Origin: Craspedostauros australis
Lineage: Eukaryota
Reading direction: 5' to 3'
Assembly (NCBI GenBank): GCA_030167865.1
Contig: JALAGF010000723.1
Coordinates: forward strand, 1 to 64,000
DNA length: 64,000 bases
Part shown: positions 24,529-37,500 of the stretch, piece after piece
Layout: every line of letters starts with the position of its first letter
Position numbering within the stretch: position 1 is the first letter of the stretch
Translations under genes and position numbers: made by a program
Notes under the pieces: model-generated
The model's input: only the letters and a program-made list of their open reading frames with translations
Database searches by the model: none
What the model was told of the DNA's origin: nothing

Positions 24529-26178
24529 CTACCGCCTCGAGATGTTTCGGATGCTCATGGCAATCTTCTGCCTCGCGACAGGTAGCGCCACCTGCTCCCA
24601 GTAGTCCCCGCTCTCGTCACGTTTCAAAAATCGCACGCCGAGCTTCATGACCTTCATCGTGAGATCGGACAGCACGGTGGTCTTCTCGAGCTTCGTGCTG
24701 GCCTGTTCGTACATCTTGCAGCATTGCTTCTCGAGAAAATTCATGAGGAGGACGTTGCCCGGATACGATTGATACGGCCATCCGCGTCCCAGGAGGACGT
24801 CGTTCTTACCGGGATGATGGATCAACGACGCGAGAGATTTGCAGTGCTCGTACTCCTCCATCATGCGTCGGTCGATCGCGTTGAGCTCCTCGATGGACTT
24901 GTCGGCGACATCCTGTTGCATGTTGCCTCCGAAATCAAAGGGCAGCAAATGAGACGACACGCCGTAGGTTCCCAGAGCGTACATGCATTCCAAGTGAGAC
25001 CCGAAATGGAACTTCGACCTCAGCCTTATCTCCTGCGGCGCAGCCAGCACAAATGCCTTGAGGAAGGCCTGCATCGCGGAGGAGTCCGGGAAGAGGAAGT
25101 GATTGCTCGTGAAACGGATCGGGATGATGTTGCAGATCCCAATCTTGGTGGCGGCGTGCACGCCGCGCATGGCGTGCAGGATCTGCTCGCTGTGGGCGCC
25201 GATGAAGTTGGAGATCGTGACGATTCCGCTTTGCGTCATGCGGGTGGGATCGGATGCCAGCGTCAGCTTGTTGCCTCTGTTGATGTACCAGGTGGCCTTG
25301 ATGAATGATTCTGCGGAGCCGAACTTGAATTTTGGATAGTGGAAGACCACGAGGCCGCGCTTGCCGCTGACGGACTTGATGGTGGGCTCGTGTCGCACTA
25401 TGGCGCCGTCCCTCAGCGACTCCTTCGCATCCTCCGGCAAGTCATCCCACACGATGGGTCGGAGGAAGGCCTCCTCCCCCCACACGTCCCGCTTCATGGT
25501 GAAATGCTTGAACATGAACAACGCGGCGTTCTCCGGGTTCCAATCGGCACCCTTGAGCATGGTGAGGCGCAGCGCGCGGTCCTTGACGGCAGCAGGTGCC
25601 AGGAAGGCCGCCCTGCTGAAGGCATCCCGCTTCTTCCGCCTTGACTGAATGCAAGCCTCCAGGAGTTCAAGATGTCTGTTGACGAACTCCTCGGACTTTG
25701 TCGTGGAGGACGCTGGGTGGATGCCGTGCACCTCCTCGTACACCTTCTCACGGTCCTGCAACGACAGGGCCTTGAGGTCGTCCGCCAGTTTCTGCTCGCC
25801 GTCCGTGGTGGCCAGCGCAGGCGTTGAGAATGTGAGGGTGCCCCGAAGCAGTGCCGGGAGCCCCGAGGATGGTGTCGCCGGCGTCTGCACCGTGGATGGG
25901 TTGAACTCGGCAGGCAGAGAGGGATGATGCACCGACGATGGATTGTGCGCCGGCCGCGTCCTGAGCTTCGCGGTGTGGAACTGCAGGAAGTGGCAACCGT
26001 TGCTGAGACCATGGCTGAAGGCTCCGGCAGAACAGGAGTCGGAGCTCGGGCTGGCGCTGCGGCTGGAGCCGTGACTGCCACTGTAGCCCTGGGGCATGAT
26101 GGGTGCGCCGGCGACGTCGAGTCTCATCGCGGTGGTTGGATCGACCATCGTCTGCTGAATGTGGTCGGCCTCGTACAT
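24529..26178 (-). CDS. CRAL-TRIO/Sec14-like domain plus C-terminal DUF6824-type domain protein (549 aa)
   Basis: DREKVYEEVHG; PIRF..NHF; RLRSKFHFGS...GV..HLLPFDFGG (Sec14-like C-terminus); NDVLLGRG...PGN...RFLKR....W......ARQKIAMSIR (DUF6824 pattern). Coding-type GC3 bias. Confidence 0.8.
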   Translation of the reverse strand: MYEADHIQQTMVDPTTAMRLDVAGAPIMPQGYSGSHGSSRSASPSSDSCSAGAFSHGLSNGCHFLQFHTAKLRTRPAHNPSSVHHPSLPAEFNPSTVQTPATPSSGLPALLRGTLTFSTPALATTDGEQKLADDLKALSLQDREKVYEEVHGIHPASSTTKSEEFVNRHLELLEACIQSRRKKRDAFSRAAFLAPAAVKDRALRLTMLKGADWNPENAALFMFKHFTMKRDVWGEEAFLRPIVWDDLPEDAKESLRDGAIVRHEPTIKSVSGKRGLVVFHYPKFKFGSAESFIKATWYINRGNKLTLASDPTRMTQSGIVTISNFIGAHSEQILHAMRGVHAATKIGICNIIPIRFTSNHFLFPDSSAMQAFLKAFVLAAPQEIRLRSKFHFGSHLECMYALGTYGVSSHLLPFDFGGNMQQDVADKSIEELNAIDRRMMEEYEHCKSLASLIHHPGKNDVLLGRGWPYQSYPGNVLLMNFLEKQCCKMYEQASTKLEKTTVLSDLTMKVMKLGVRFLKRDESGDYWEQVALPVARQKIAMSIRNISRR

Positions 26179-27628
26179 TCTGTCAACGCTGCCGCTGTTC
26201 GAAGGATGTCAATGCTCACTGTCTGTGGCCAAGACTGTCGATGGATGACTGTGGCGGCTGGCCAAAGCAGGGTGTCGCAGATTCAGAGACGAAGGGTCAA
26301 TGGTCGTACTACTATAATAGGCGATGCAGCTGTTCCTGTTCCTCATCGACAATTGATCCATTTGCAGTTTTGTGTCTTTTTGTTCTGTCACTTTTCGGTG
26401 CGCCAATGCAATCTTCTCGTTGCTTCTCACCATGGCCAAAGTCGTTGTTGCTCCTGTTGGTGTTGCTCTCTCTCTCTGCTGTGGCTTGTTGTGCGGAAGG
26501 CCACCTTGTATCAAGGCAGGTAGAACCACGCCCAATGCGGTACCTTTTGCACGCAGATGTGTGCTGGATGGGACCATCGTTTGCTTGTTGCGTGTGTCTG
26601 TGCCATGTTGTTCACCTGATTTGTCGGCCTTCTGCACGTCTCTCTTTTGTCGTGTTCGTTGGTCGTGAAGAGAGTCATTCACGAGAAGGAACAGACGAAC
26701 GCAAGGTCGATGCGTGACTGATATTGTGACAGGATGACGAGTCTTGGTCATTTCAAGTCATGAGTTCCAACGAACATCAGGGGCTTCCTGAGTACCTTGT
26801 TTTCGATTTTGTGTTGTACTTGAGGGACGCACTATTGTACTCAATTGAAAAAAAGCAAGCAAGACCAAAAACGTGCACAAACACCATGGCGTTCCCTTCC
26901 AATCTGCCAGAGAGTAGAGACCCCCGTGGTCGTACCTCGAACCCAAGCTCCACCCAAAGTTATGCTGCATACAACTACTCGCACACTTCCAGAGGAAGCG
27001 GAATGAAGAGTGCCCGTTGCAATCGGCGATACATGGTCAAGGCGGTCTCACAGTGATGTCATCTCATCACCATCGCCATCATGACCGGAAAGGCGACATT
27101 GTGACGTGAGTGGCTGGTGAGATGGCTGGTGAGATGGCCGGTGGGATCTTGTACGACAGTACGAACAACAGTATTGGCATGCTGCATGAAGGCAATCATC
27201 CAGGTCATCGACATGGTCGATCTTTTGGACGGAAGGCATGGAGGAGGAGAAGATGGCGGACATCGAAAGCGTTGTACAATGCAATGGAATGAAATGCAAC
27301 GCAACGCAATGTGGGGCCCTCCATCAACATTGCCTGGGAAGGAAGTCGCTGTGATTGACGTTGGCATTGGACATGCCCCTAAATGCCACATGCGGAACAT
27401 CCAGCCATCGATGGTCTTGCTCTTGGTCATGGTTGGACACACAGAGCATTCAAAAGGTGTCCAAAATACTCCTCGTCTTGTTCACCGGCTACGCATCCAC
27501 GATCCTGGAGGTAATTGTTGCTCAAGTCGGGGAAATGTGGGGATGAATGACCTATGCGGCGACAGCCGTGGGCGCAAACGAAAGGAATATTCTGCACCAC
27601 ATCCACTCGCAACGGATGTTCACTAACT

Positions 27629-27705
27629 GGTGTGTTGGGACAAGGGGTGTGTTGGGACAAGGGGTGTGTTGGGACAAGGGGTGTGTTGGGACAAGGGGTG
27701 TGTTG
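27629..27705. repeat. 17-bp perfect minisatellite (GGTGTGTTGGGACAAGG) x4.5
   Basis: Four exact copies plus 9 nt, read directly. Confidence 0.95.
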
Positions 27706-28338
27706 ATCGTCGGGGAGCAAACAGCATAACAGTGCAACAGCTTCCTTCAACTCCCCTGTCCCAATCCTCATTGGCGCCACACTCTTCCTATGTAATGCAC
27801 AATGCCCTCCACGAGAGGAGTGAAAATGGAGGCAAGGAACTTTGGAAGATACGAGTATTCTCGCTAGGATCCAACTCGACTCGCAAACCGGAATATTCAA
27901 AGGCCCAGATCACTCCAAAGAGAGAAGAAGAAGAAGAAGAAATGGGCCGATGCCGACATGAACCGGCAACGCCACATTTATGGAGGCGATAATGACAACG
28001 CCGAGAAGAATCTTTTCACCAGTTGACGACGAGACATCATCCAGTCGTTCCCTTTCCGTTCCTTCATACAATGAACGCCATGGGATGGAGCAAAGGATGT
28101 ATTATATAATATCTTCTATTCTATATATTATCTCACTGCATCTTCCATCACCCAACACTCGATTCTTCCTTCGTCGGTTTTTCATATCTCTCCTCCAGAG
28201 ACCTTCATCTCACAATTTCGACAAGCTCAAATAGAACAACTCATTGAAAACGGACCAAGTATAACAACACCATCAGACCACAACACACTGCTACACGCAA
28301 CAACGTACTCGTAGCACAACAACAAGCAAGCCCGCACG

Positions 28339-30696
28339 ATGAAGCTCTCAATCGCCACCAGCCTTTTGTCCCTCGTCTCCAGCGCCAGCGTCGCGCATGC
28401 CGTCAAGGGCAAACCAAACTTCATCGTCATGCAACCAGATGACATGGAATTCCTTGAGGCATGGACGCCTCCGGCCCACTACGATAACGAGTCTGGAAGG
28501 ATGACCGTTCCTGCGACTTCGCTCATCCCCAAGCTCGAGAGCCTCAGAGAGAACGGCCTGCAGATGATGCAAGCCCATGCCGCGGCTCCCATGTGCGGCA
28601 CGTCCCGGTACAGCACCCTCACAGGGCGATACGGATCTAGATCCTCCTTCGGTCGCACGCTGGACAGCAGCGCGGACAGGCGTCGTGTCGTCATCCCTCG
28701 AACCAAGCTGATGGACATGCCCGGTCTTGCCGATGGCAACGACTGCTCGCGAGGCAACGCAGCGGCCATCTTTCAGCAGAACGAATACCGCACTGGCGTC
28801 GTCGGAAAGTGGCACCTCTTCAGGGACGACTCCACCGTTGTCTTCGACTACAAGAACTTCCAGGAAGATGTTCGCGAGTGTGGTTTTCACTACGCTGAAG
28901 CGCTGTACCCTGAGAACATGTCGGGAGGATGGTTCTCGCAGTTCGACAACGTCGACCACAACATGTAAGTCAATGAGACGTCGGTGTGGCGAGTGTGGCA
29001 TGGCCTGCCTTGGCATGGCATAGTATGGAATGGCATTTGAGCAGCGATCGATAAAGTGGCCATGGTGATCGGACTTGTGCCGTGCCCGTCCTTTCATCTA
29101 CTCGCCCGAGACCAGCCCAACTTCGAGCAGGACCGTTGCATTGATCGTTGCAGAACACTTTCTACTCTCCTTTCGCTCACCCCCCAACGACTTCCACCCA
29201 TCTACTTGCATTCTCCCTTCTCAATCCATGCTTCCATGCGAATGCACGCATGCGTGCGTGCTGTCAACGTCGAATGTCCAATCGACAACAGGGAGCACGT
29301 CACGTCCAAAGCCATCGAGTTCATGCACGATTCCATCGTCAATCGTGAGGAAGCATTCTTCCTGTACGTCAATCCCACCGTCCCGCACGGTTCGAATGAC
29401 GTATCAGACGCTCTCAGCGGAGGAGACTGCCGCGACACCGTGGAAGGAAGATTGGACGAGCCACCTCTCATCCGCTACTCGACCCCACCTGGGTACGGAG
29501 ATGACTGTACTGAGTACAGAGCCAGCGTGCTCAACAGGCACCAATGCACAGGCAGACCACGGGCTTGCGACAAGGAGCTTGGGATGGTCTGGATCAACGA
29601 CTCCATCGGCTGGATGCTGGACGCGCTCGAGGCCATGGAGGAACTTGACAACACCTTCTTCCTCTTCCAGATGGATCATGGAAATGAAGGCAAGGGGTCT
29701 CTGTTCGAGCAGGGGTCCAGGATCATGCAGTTCGTGCATTATCCAAATCTCTTCAACCCGCTCTCCACCTTCAACGGCATGGTGTCCACCATCGACATCC
29801 TCCCCACCATGCTGGACATCGCAGGCATCGATGAATCGTCTCCAGGATGGTACGATATGGACGGCCAGTCCTGGGCATCGGCAGTGATGGACACGACTGT
29901 GCACGAGGACTGGAAGCGGCGCTGTCTGATGTTCGAGCACGACTCCGAACGCGCGCTGAAGTGCGGCTGCACAAAGCTGATGTCGCTTCCGGTCGGAGTT
30001 GATGATACTCGAACCGCCGCCAGTGCGAATGGCCTTGTGGTGAATGAGGAAGGTGCGGATAATCTGTACGATGTCTGCACCGACTCCGGTGACTGGGTCG
30101 TCAGTCCGGCCACCAACCCAGAGGCCAACGGCGTTGCATTGTTGGCGCAGAACGCCGAGCTCGTGACGCAGCTGAACGGTTTGATCAACTGTCACTTGCT
30201 GAGCACGGATCCCAGGCTCGATCCTGCTTACGGGATGAATTGCTTCCCGACTGTTGACAGCGGTAGCTCCGATCGCAATGGCGATACCGATGCTGACGGA
30301 GATGTTGATGGAGATATCGATACTGACTCCAATGGTGATGGAGATGCTGACATCGACACGGACGGAGACACCGACTCCGACGGTGGTGCCGATACCGATG
30401 CGGACGGAGACATCGACTCTGATGGAGATACCGATGCAGACGGAGACACCGACGCTGATGGCGATACCGATACCGATGCGGACGGAGACACCGACTCTGA
30501 TGGAGATACCGATGCAGACGGAGACACCGACTCTGATGGCGACGAGGAAGAGATCTGCGAAGACAGCGCCAGCGTGACGATGTTGGTGAATCGCCGACGT
30601 CGACAGGTGGAGGTCCAACGTCCATGCAGATGGGTGGCAAGAAACGGATTTTGCGACCAGTACCATGACGCTTGCTGCAGCAGCTGCAGCGCATAA
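28339..30696 (+). CDS. Secreted formylglycine-dependent (S1) sulfatase with an acidic DxDxDG-repeat linker and a Cys-rich C-terminal module; 2 exons (28339-28964, 29292-30696), 676 aa
   Basis: Signal peptide MKLSIATSLLSLVSSASVAHA. Motifs KPNFIVMQPDD, CGTSRYSTLTG, YRTGVVGKWHL, PH, DNT....MDHG..GKGSLFEQG, DILPTMLD. Phase-2 intron GTAAGT...CAG joins HN-M-EHVT. Confidence 0.9.
30283..30543 (+). repeat. Coding repeat of roughly 18 bp encoding about 12 D[T/I]D[A/S/T]DG units
   Basis: Translation reads DTDADG..DTDSDG..DTDADGDIDSDGDTDADGDTDADG... Confidence 0.9.
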
Positions 30697-31572
30697 GCTC
30701 ATTTCATCTGATCTGATCTGATCTGATCTGAAAACATAACAATAAAAAACGAACTTGGAGCATCTCTCCACGTATTTTCGACTCGTGTGTCATGCAGCAG
30801 TCAAGGATCGCCGCCTTGGACCTTCCCCTACCAGAAAAAACATGAATTCCCCACTCTGATACAATCAATACGCAAGATGGAAGGACGGTGTGAGCTTCTT
30901 CTTGAACCAAGCACAGACACAGTTAATGCGGGATGGTGGGTAGTACGACTATCCAGTCTCATCTCTTGGCAAGGTCTACAGACATCTGTTAGTTCCATCA
31001 TCCATTCTACCTTTATTCATGGTCTGAGGTGTCAATCGACACGTTTGGGTTGAATGACTCATACGACTCAATTTGATTTCGAGACATCATCGATGGATTG
31101 TTTCCTGTGGGTCTGATGTGACGTTGTCGCACGCCGAGGGTCTTTGTGACCGTCTAATTTGTCACCAGAAGAACACACTCGTCACCGAATGGAACAACAG
31201 GTCGTAATCCGTGGTCGTCATCTCCCTCACCATCAACCACGCGCTTGGATGACATGGTGTTTGCAAGAGGAACCGTCACCAAGGGGGGTTGAGGTGGAGG
31301 TGAAGGGATCCAAGGACAGAGCAACCGCGGCTTGCATTGCATTGCATTCGAATCATCTCGTGCGGACAGTCCAGCCATCGCTCAAAAGGTCCCAAAAACG
31401 TGAGGAGCAATTCATCAGGCATCAGCATCACCCATCAGGCATCAGCACATTCGCAGGCATCATCTGTGTCTTCCACGACAGCTGCACTTGCGTGGCTGCA
31501 TCGAACGCACAGGATCTCCCATTCATTCGTTGAGGCATCCATTCATCGCACAGTCATCGCTCGCTTTCAAAC

Positions 31573-34500
31573 ATGTCGAAGGTCGATTGCCCCGAGGCGC
31601 TGGCATTGGCTGCGGACCACAGCCGGCGACGGTCCAGCGTGGCCCAGCGCTACCTGCAGAACGTGCAGCTCAAATCCCCGTCGAGCAGTTCGCGTCGCAC
31701 GTCCCTGAAACCGAGTCAGATCTTCGGCAGCAACCATAGTCGCAGCGCAATCGGGCCACCGCTGTCCGTCGGCAAAGGGGTTGCAACCAGCTCGCTTGGC
31801 GATGATGCCAATGATGATGATGATGATGATGATGAACCAAAGAAACAGCCGGAGGAACAATTGAAGGAAGAGCAATCGCAAGAGCCTGCGAATGGCCCGT
31901 CCGCTCCCCAAGATGCATCGAAGGTTCCGACCTCCACATCATCTATCAAGCAACGCTACCTGCATGGATTGCAGAAGCAGCAGAAGCAGCAGGATAGCAG
32001 CAAGGACAAAGATCATGTCTCGCTGCTTCCCAAGGGCGGGAGAGGCGACAAGAGGACGAACCAAAGCAACAACGGCGCTGCTCGCAGTCCCAGCAAAAGC
32101 AGCAAGGATCCTCACAACCATGTGGGAGCATCATCGCAAAGTCCTGAAAAGAATGGCAAGATTGAGAGGGACGCCGATGACACCTCCTTCGCCGGCAGCC
32201 AGCACTCTCGCTCGCATCGCAACGATCGCTGCATGCAAGATCCGTCCCCCAGTCCAATCACGTTGTCGACGCCGACTTCCAAATCCGCATCGGTGTCGAG
32301 GAAGATTTCGAAACTGAGCTCGCCGTGGCTTTCTGCCAAACCGCCTCTGCTTTCGAATAAGGCCGGCGGTGATGCGCAGCAGGGCGATGATGACGACGAC
32401 GATGATGATGATGGCATCGTGTATTTGGATTGGGCGTCGGCGGTGGGATTGCCGTCCAAACACAGCACGCCCAAGCAGTTGTCGGGATCGCCATTGCGGC
32501 CGCCGCGCTCCTCGTCGAGGCGGCGATCCGGTGCCGATGATGGCTCCGTCAGTCTCAATTCCGCCGACAAGAAGAGTGGCCGTCGACGTTCCAAGCAGGG
32601 CAAGAAGAAGGGCGGCACTGGCAAGTCCAAGAAGGGCAAGAAGAGCAAGGCTGAGGATCATGACGATGACGAAACGAAACGAAACGACGGCGACCAGCAG
32701 CAGGAAGAGGAGGAAGAGGAAGACCTGCGGTCTCGCACTCCGTCGCAACGACGGGCCGAAGCAGCCTTGGCTCTGTGCCGAGGTTCCGGTCACGACAAGC
32801 CGGCGAAAACACCCTCCAAGTCGGGTGCACGTCGAAGACGTCTCAAGGGACAATCGTCGTCCCATCGGGAAGAGGATGATCCCGACACCATGGTCGTCAC
32901 CGTTCCAAAGTTGAGTGGCAGCCGTCATTCGGAGAAGAAGCTCAGCACCAGCCTGCATAAGCCGCTCGCCGTGACGAGCAGCGACGATGACGAGCTGGAT
33001 GGATCCATGTCCACTTTGGGCACCACCGCCAGCGCGGCGAGCCGAATCAGACGCCAGATGCAGCAGGAGCGTGCCATGCTCAAGGGACGGTCGTCACTCT
33101 CCACGTCCAAGCATAATCGTGATCCATTGGCCATGCCTTCCAATCACCGCAACAGTAACGCCACAAACAGCAACATCAGCAACAACAATCTCAGACCATC
33201 CGCATCGGCGTTGGCATCCCCTCCGAAGCCACAAAGGGCTACCAAATCGAATGGTTCACGCAGTCCTCGTAAAGTCATAACCCCTCTTGCACAGGACCGT
33301 GCCATCACGAAGCACAAGGACAAAGCTGAGAATGCGGATATTTCCAACCACCCCACGGTCCAACAACTGCAAAAGCGGATACAAGAGTTGGAGGCGGAGA
33401 TCGGAGACTTGCACCACAGCCACGATGTCAAGCTATCGTCTGAGGTTGATGCTGCGAAGGCGCAATCACAAAAGCAGATCGATGCGATGCAGACGCAGCA
33501 TGCGAACGAAATGGCGAAGATGACCGAGTCGCACCAGGAGGTCATGGAAGCGCAGGCAAACAAGCTGCAGCTGCTCGAAGAGCACAAGGCGGAAAGTCAG
33601 CAACAGTATGACGAGCACGCGAATGCGATGGCCGCGTTGCAAGAACAGCTGGAAACTGTTCAACAGAAGCTACAGGCATCGACGTTGCAAAATGAAGAAT
33701 TGAAAGCGCAGCATGAAGAAAGTCGCCAACAGGAACAGCAGCAACACGAAGCGGCAATCGAGGCATTGAAGGCGCAGCATACCCGGCACGCATCGGAAAT
33801 GCAGGAACAGCTCGACGTCACGCAGAAGGAGCTGGATGCTGCCGCCGCACGGCAAGAGGAACGTGCCAAAGGCGATGCCGAAGTTGCAGAGAAGCAAAAA
33901 GCCGAACATGAAGCCAATCTGGCGGCGGAACGTGCCTCCCATGCAAAAGCTCTGGATGTGTTGCAAAGCAAACTGGATTCCGCATTGGAGTCTGCTGATC
34001 AATTGGCACAAGAAAAGACGAAGCAAGAGTCTGATCACGAAACGACTGTAGCAGAGCAAGTTCAAGCGCATGAGGAAGCCGTTAACGCCATGACATCGCA
34101 GCACGATGCCACAGTCAGTGAAATGCAAACGCAGTTGACTACGGTCAAACAGGAACTCGACGATCTGCGTGAAACGAAAAACAATGGTGACGCCGAACAC
34201 ACGAATGCAATGGAGAAGCTGCGAGTAGACAACGAAGCCGCAATTGCTTCGTTGTTAGCAGATCATGGGGAGACCATGTCGTTGTTGCAAACGAAGTTGC
34301 AGGTTACACAGGAAGAGTTGGACCAAGCCAAAGAGTCCAACGAGGAGCAAACAGAGCAACTGTCCAAATTCGACGAGATGCAAGAGACTCAGCAACGCGA
34401 TCATCAAACGGCGCTTCAAGAATTGGAGGGTAGCCACACGGCAGCGTTGGTCTCCATGCAAACCGAGTTGGATTCCGCACGGCAGGAACTGGAGCAGCTA

Positions 34501-37500
34501 TCGATACAACAACGTGACGCAGATGATCGGCATTCCGAAGCCATTGAGCAGATGGAGACCGATCGATCTACCACGCAGGCAGCTCAGGAGCAGGAGATGC
34601 AGCGACAGAGATCGGAGTATGAGAAGGAGAAGGAATCCATCATTGCGAGCCACGCAGTTGCACTGGAGTCCATGATGACCGAATTGCAGACGGTGCGGGA
34701 TGCGTTGCAGGCCTCGCAGTCCGACCAATCTCAGCAAGCCGCCAAGCATGAAGCAGAAATTGAAAGCTTGCAGCAGCAATTGGTCCAACAAGCCCAAGAA
34801 CGGGAGTCGGCAACAACCGAGCTCGTTCGGCAGCATGCCGAAGCGTACGAAGCTTTGATATCGGAGCATGCAAGCGAACTGTCCAATTTGGCATCGCAGA
34901 ATGATCAGTCGGAAATGCTGGAGAGTGTCAAAACCAAACACGAGCAGGCGTTGCAAGATCATGAGGCACAGCGGAAGCAACTTGCCAATGAACATGAATC
35001 ACAAATTGAGAGCATTCGTGGCGAACATTCCGAAAGCGTTGCGCAACTGCAACAGCAGCTGGATGACGCGAAGGCAAGGCACGAAACGACGCAGCAGGAG
35101 TTGCATGGCTTGCAAACACAATCCGACAACGACAATCTCCAAATCCAGAATGATCATGAGTCCGCCATTGCTAAGCTGGAGAACGATCTTGCCGAGCAAC
35201 GCAAAGCCGCCGATGAAGCTCTTCACAAGGTACAAGCTGAGCATGCGGCAGAGGTGGAATCGCTGCAACGTAGCCTGAATGCTGCGACAGCTCAGCATGA
35301 GACGACGCAGAAGGAGCTGCATGACTTGCAAACACAATCCAGCGATGAGAAGGCTCAGATCGCCAATGACCATGAGGCCGCCGTACACAGGCTGGAGAAT
35401 GACTTGAACGAGCAACAGAAGGGCGCTGATGAAGCTGTTGACAAGCTACGAGCGGACCACGCGACCCAGGTGGAATCATTGCAACGTTGCCTGGACGAAA
35501 TGCGAGAGGCCAAGGAGGCTCAGACACAACCACAACCGCAGGACTTTGCGACCGATCAGCTCAAGTCAGAGCATGACAACGCAATGGATTCCTTGCGTGC
35601 GACGTTCGATGAGCAGCAGACGGAGCTGCGCAGCGAACTGGAAAGCGCACAGGCGGAACGAGATGCGAATGCTGCGGGAATGGAAGACATGAAACAAGAA
35701 CATGAAGAGAAGTTGATCTCAATCAAAATACAGCATGAGGAGGAACTTCGACGACTTCAAAACGAATTGGATCAGTTGCGCGAACAGCATGATGCGAAAC
35801 TCAAGGCGATGGCAGATTCGGAAACGGCCACAAAGGAACTGGAGGCAGAATTGAAGACTCTGCAAAATCAACAGGAGAATGGGTCCACAGATCGGGGTGT
35901 ACCAGGAGAGTCCAATGATGACGATGCGCAACTGCAGAATCAGCTCGAGCAAGCCCGCGCACAACTCGATGATGTAAAGACGAAGCTGGACGAAGCGCAC
36001 GAAGCCAAGTTGACGGCGTTGAAGGAGGAACATCAACAGCAGGTCCAGACCTCGCAAGATGAGATCGCCGACTTCGCAGATCAGAAGGTGGCATGGAAGG
36101 CGCAGCTGGAGGAGCAGTCGCGTCAGCTGGAGGAGGCGGCCGCGATGCGAGCAACGGAAGAGGCATCGTCTCAGCGCGTTGTGGAATTGGAACAGCAGAT
36201 CAACGAGATGGAGCAGTTCATGGAGCAGATCCACGCCAACAACGCCGAACAGATGAGGCAGTTGGGCGATGAGGTCGACGGGAAGGACAAGACGATCGAA
36301 TGGATGAAGCTGGAGGAATCACGCAGGGAAGACGAAGCGAAAGCGCTCCAGCTGAAGCTTCAGGCTGCCCAGGATGAGAACGACGCGGAAGCAGCGTCGT
36401 TTGAGGACAAGCTGAAGGCGGTGATGTCTCAATTGGATTCTGTGACGCAGGAGAATGACACCATCGCGAGTCGACATCAGCAGCAACTAACCGAGCTTCA
36501 AGAAGCGCTGTCGCAGCAGGAGACGACGGCAAATGACCTTCAGTCGACGAATGCTGACCTTCAGGCTGAGCTCGAATCGACGAAGCGAGAATTGGAGTCC
36601 AAGATGGTTGCCGCAACTTCCACCACTGACGAATCCAACGGTGAAGCCAATGACGCCACGCAGCCACCGAAGGAAGAAGCGGGCAAGGAGGAATTGCAGG
36701 CGGCGCAGCAAGAGCTGGCGCAACTAAAGGAAGCCTCGGAAACGAACGAGTCCGAGCTGCAGTCGAAGATTGCAGAGTTGGAGAATGAACTGCACTGCGT
36801 GGCCGAGGAGCAGGATGAGTCGCGTGGTCATCTCAAGTCGCTATCCACTTCGATCGCCGAATTGCAGGTGGAGAATATGGATCTGAAGGCGAAGGTTGCC
36901 GCTGCCGAGAAGGAGAGAGAGGAGTTGGAACAGCAACGAAGGCGGCAAGAAGAAGAAGCGGCAAGCAAGGCGAAGGCTGATGGAAGCATCAGCGATGCCA
37001 GTGCGAACGGCGACAACGCGCCAACAAAAAGAGATCAGTCGCAATCGAAGAACGCAGCTCCAGATATCCAGGTGAACACCGATCCGCACGAGGGCTCTCC
37101 CGCCAACGAGCTCAAGGACGTCAAGAGCGAGGTGGAGGAGCTGGAAGTGCAGCTGGCCCTCGCGAAGGGACGGTTGGCGATGCTCACGGCGGACGATGAT
37201 GATCATGACGATGACGATGACAACATCGACATGTTTCAGGATAGTGCTTATGACGAGGAGCTGTCTCACCACGACGAAATCGACGACGAGACGAAGACAG
37301 AGAACAAACGAGATCCGGCGTCGAGAGCATCATCGCAGGACGATCTCGTGCAGGAGGCCGTCGTGAAGAAGCGCCACCGTAGCTGGATGTTCGGCTTCGG
37401 CAGCAGCGTCGAATCTGGCGAAAGCCCGACGATATCTCCCACGACGAGTCCCCGTTCATTGATGGCGGAGAATGAGAATCTGAAGAGCCAGCTCGTGAAG

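Noticed and set aside
27629..27705. Repeat array considered as CRISPR or telomeric repeat
   Set aside because: No spacers, no cas genes, eukaryotic context, and the unit is not a TTAGGG-type repeat.
29404..30771. 455-aa antisense ORF with VGVSV repeats
   Set aside because: Shadow of the sulfatase exon and its repeat.
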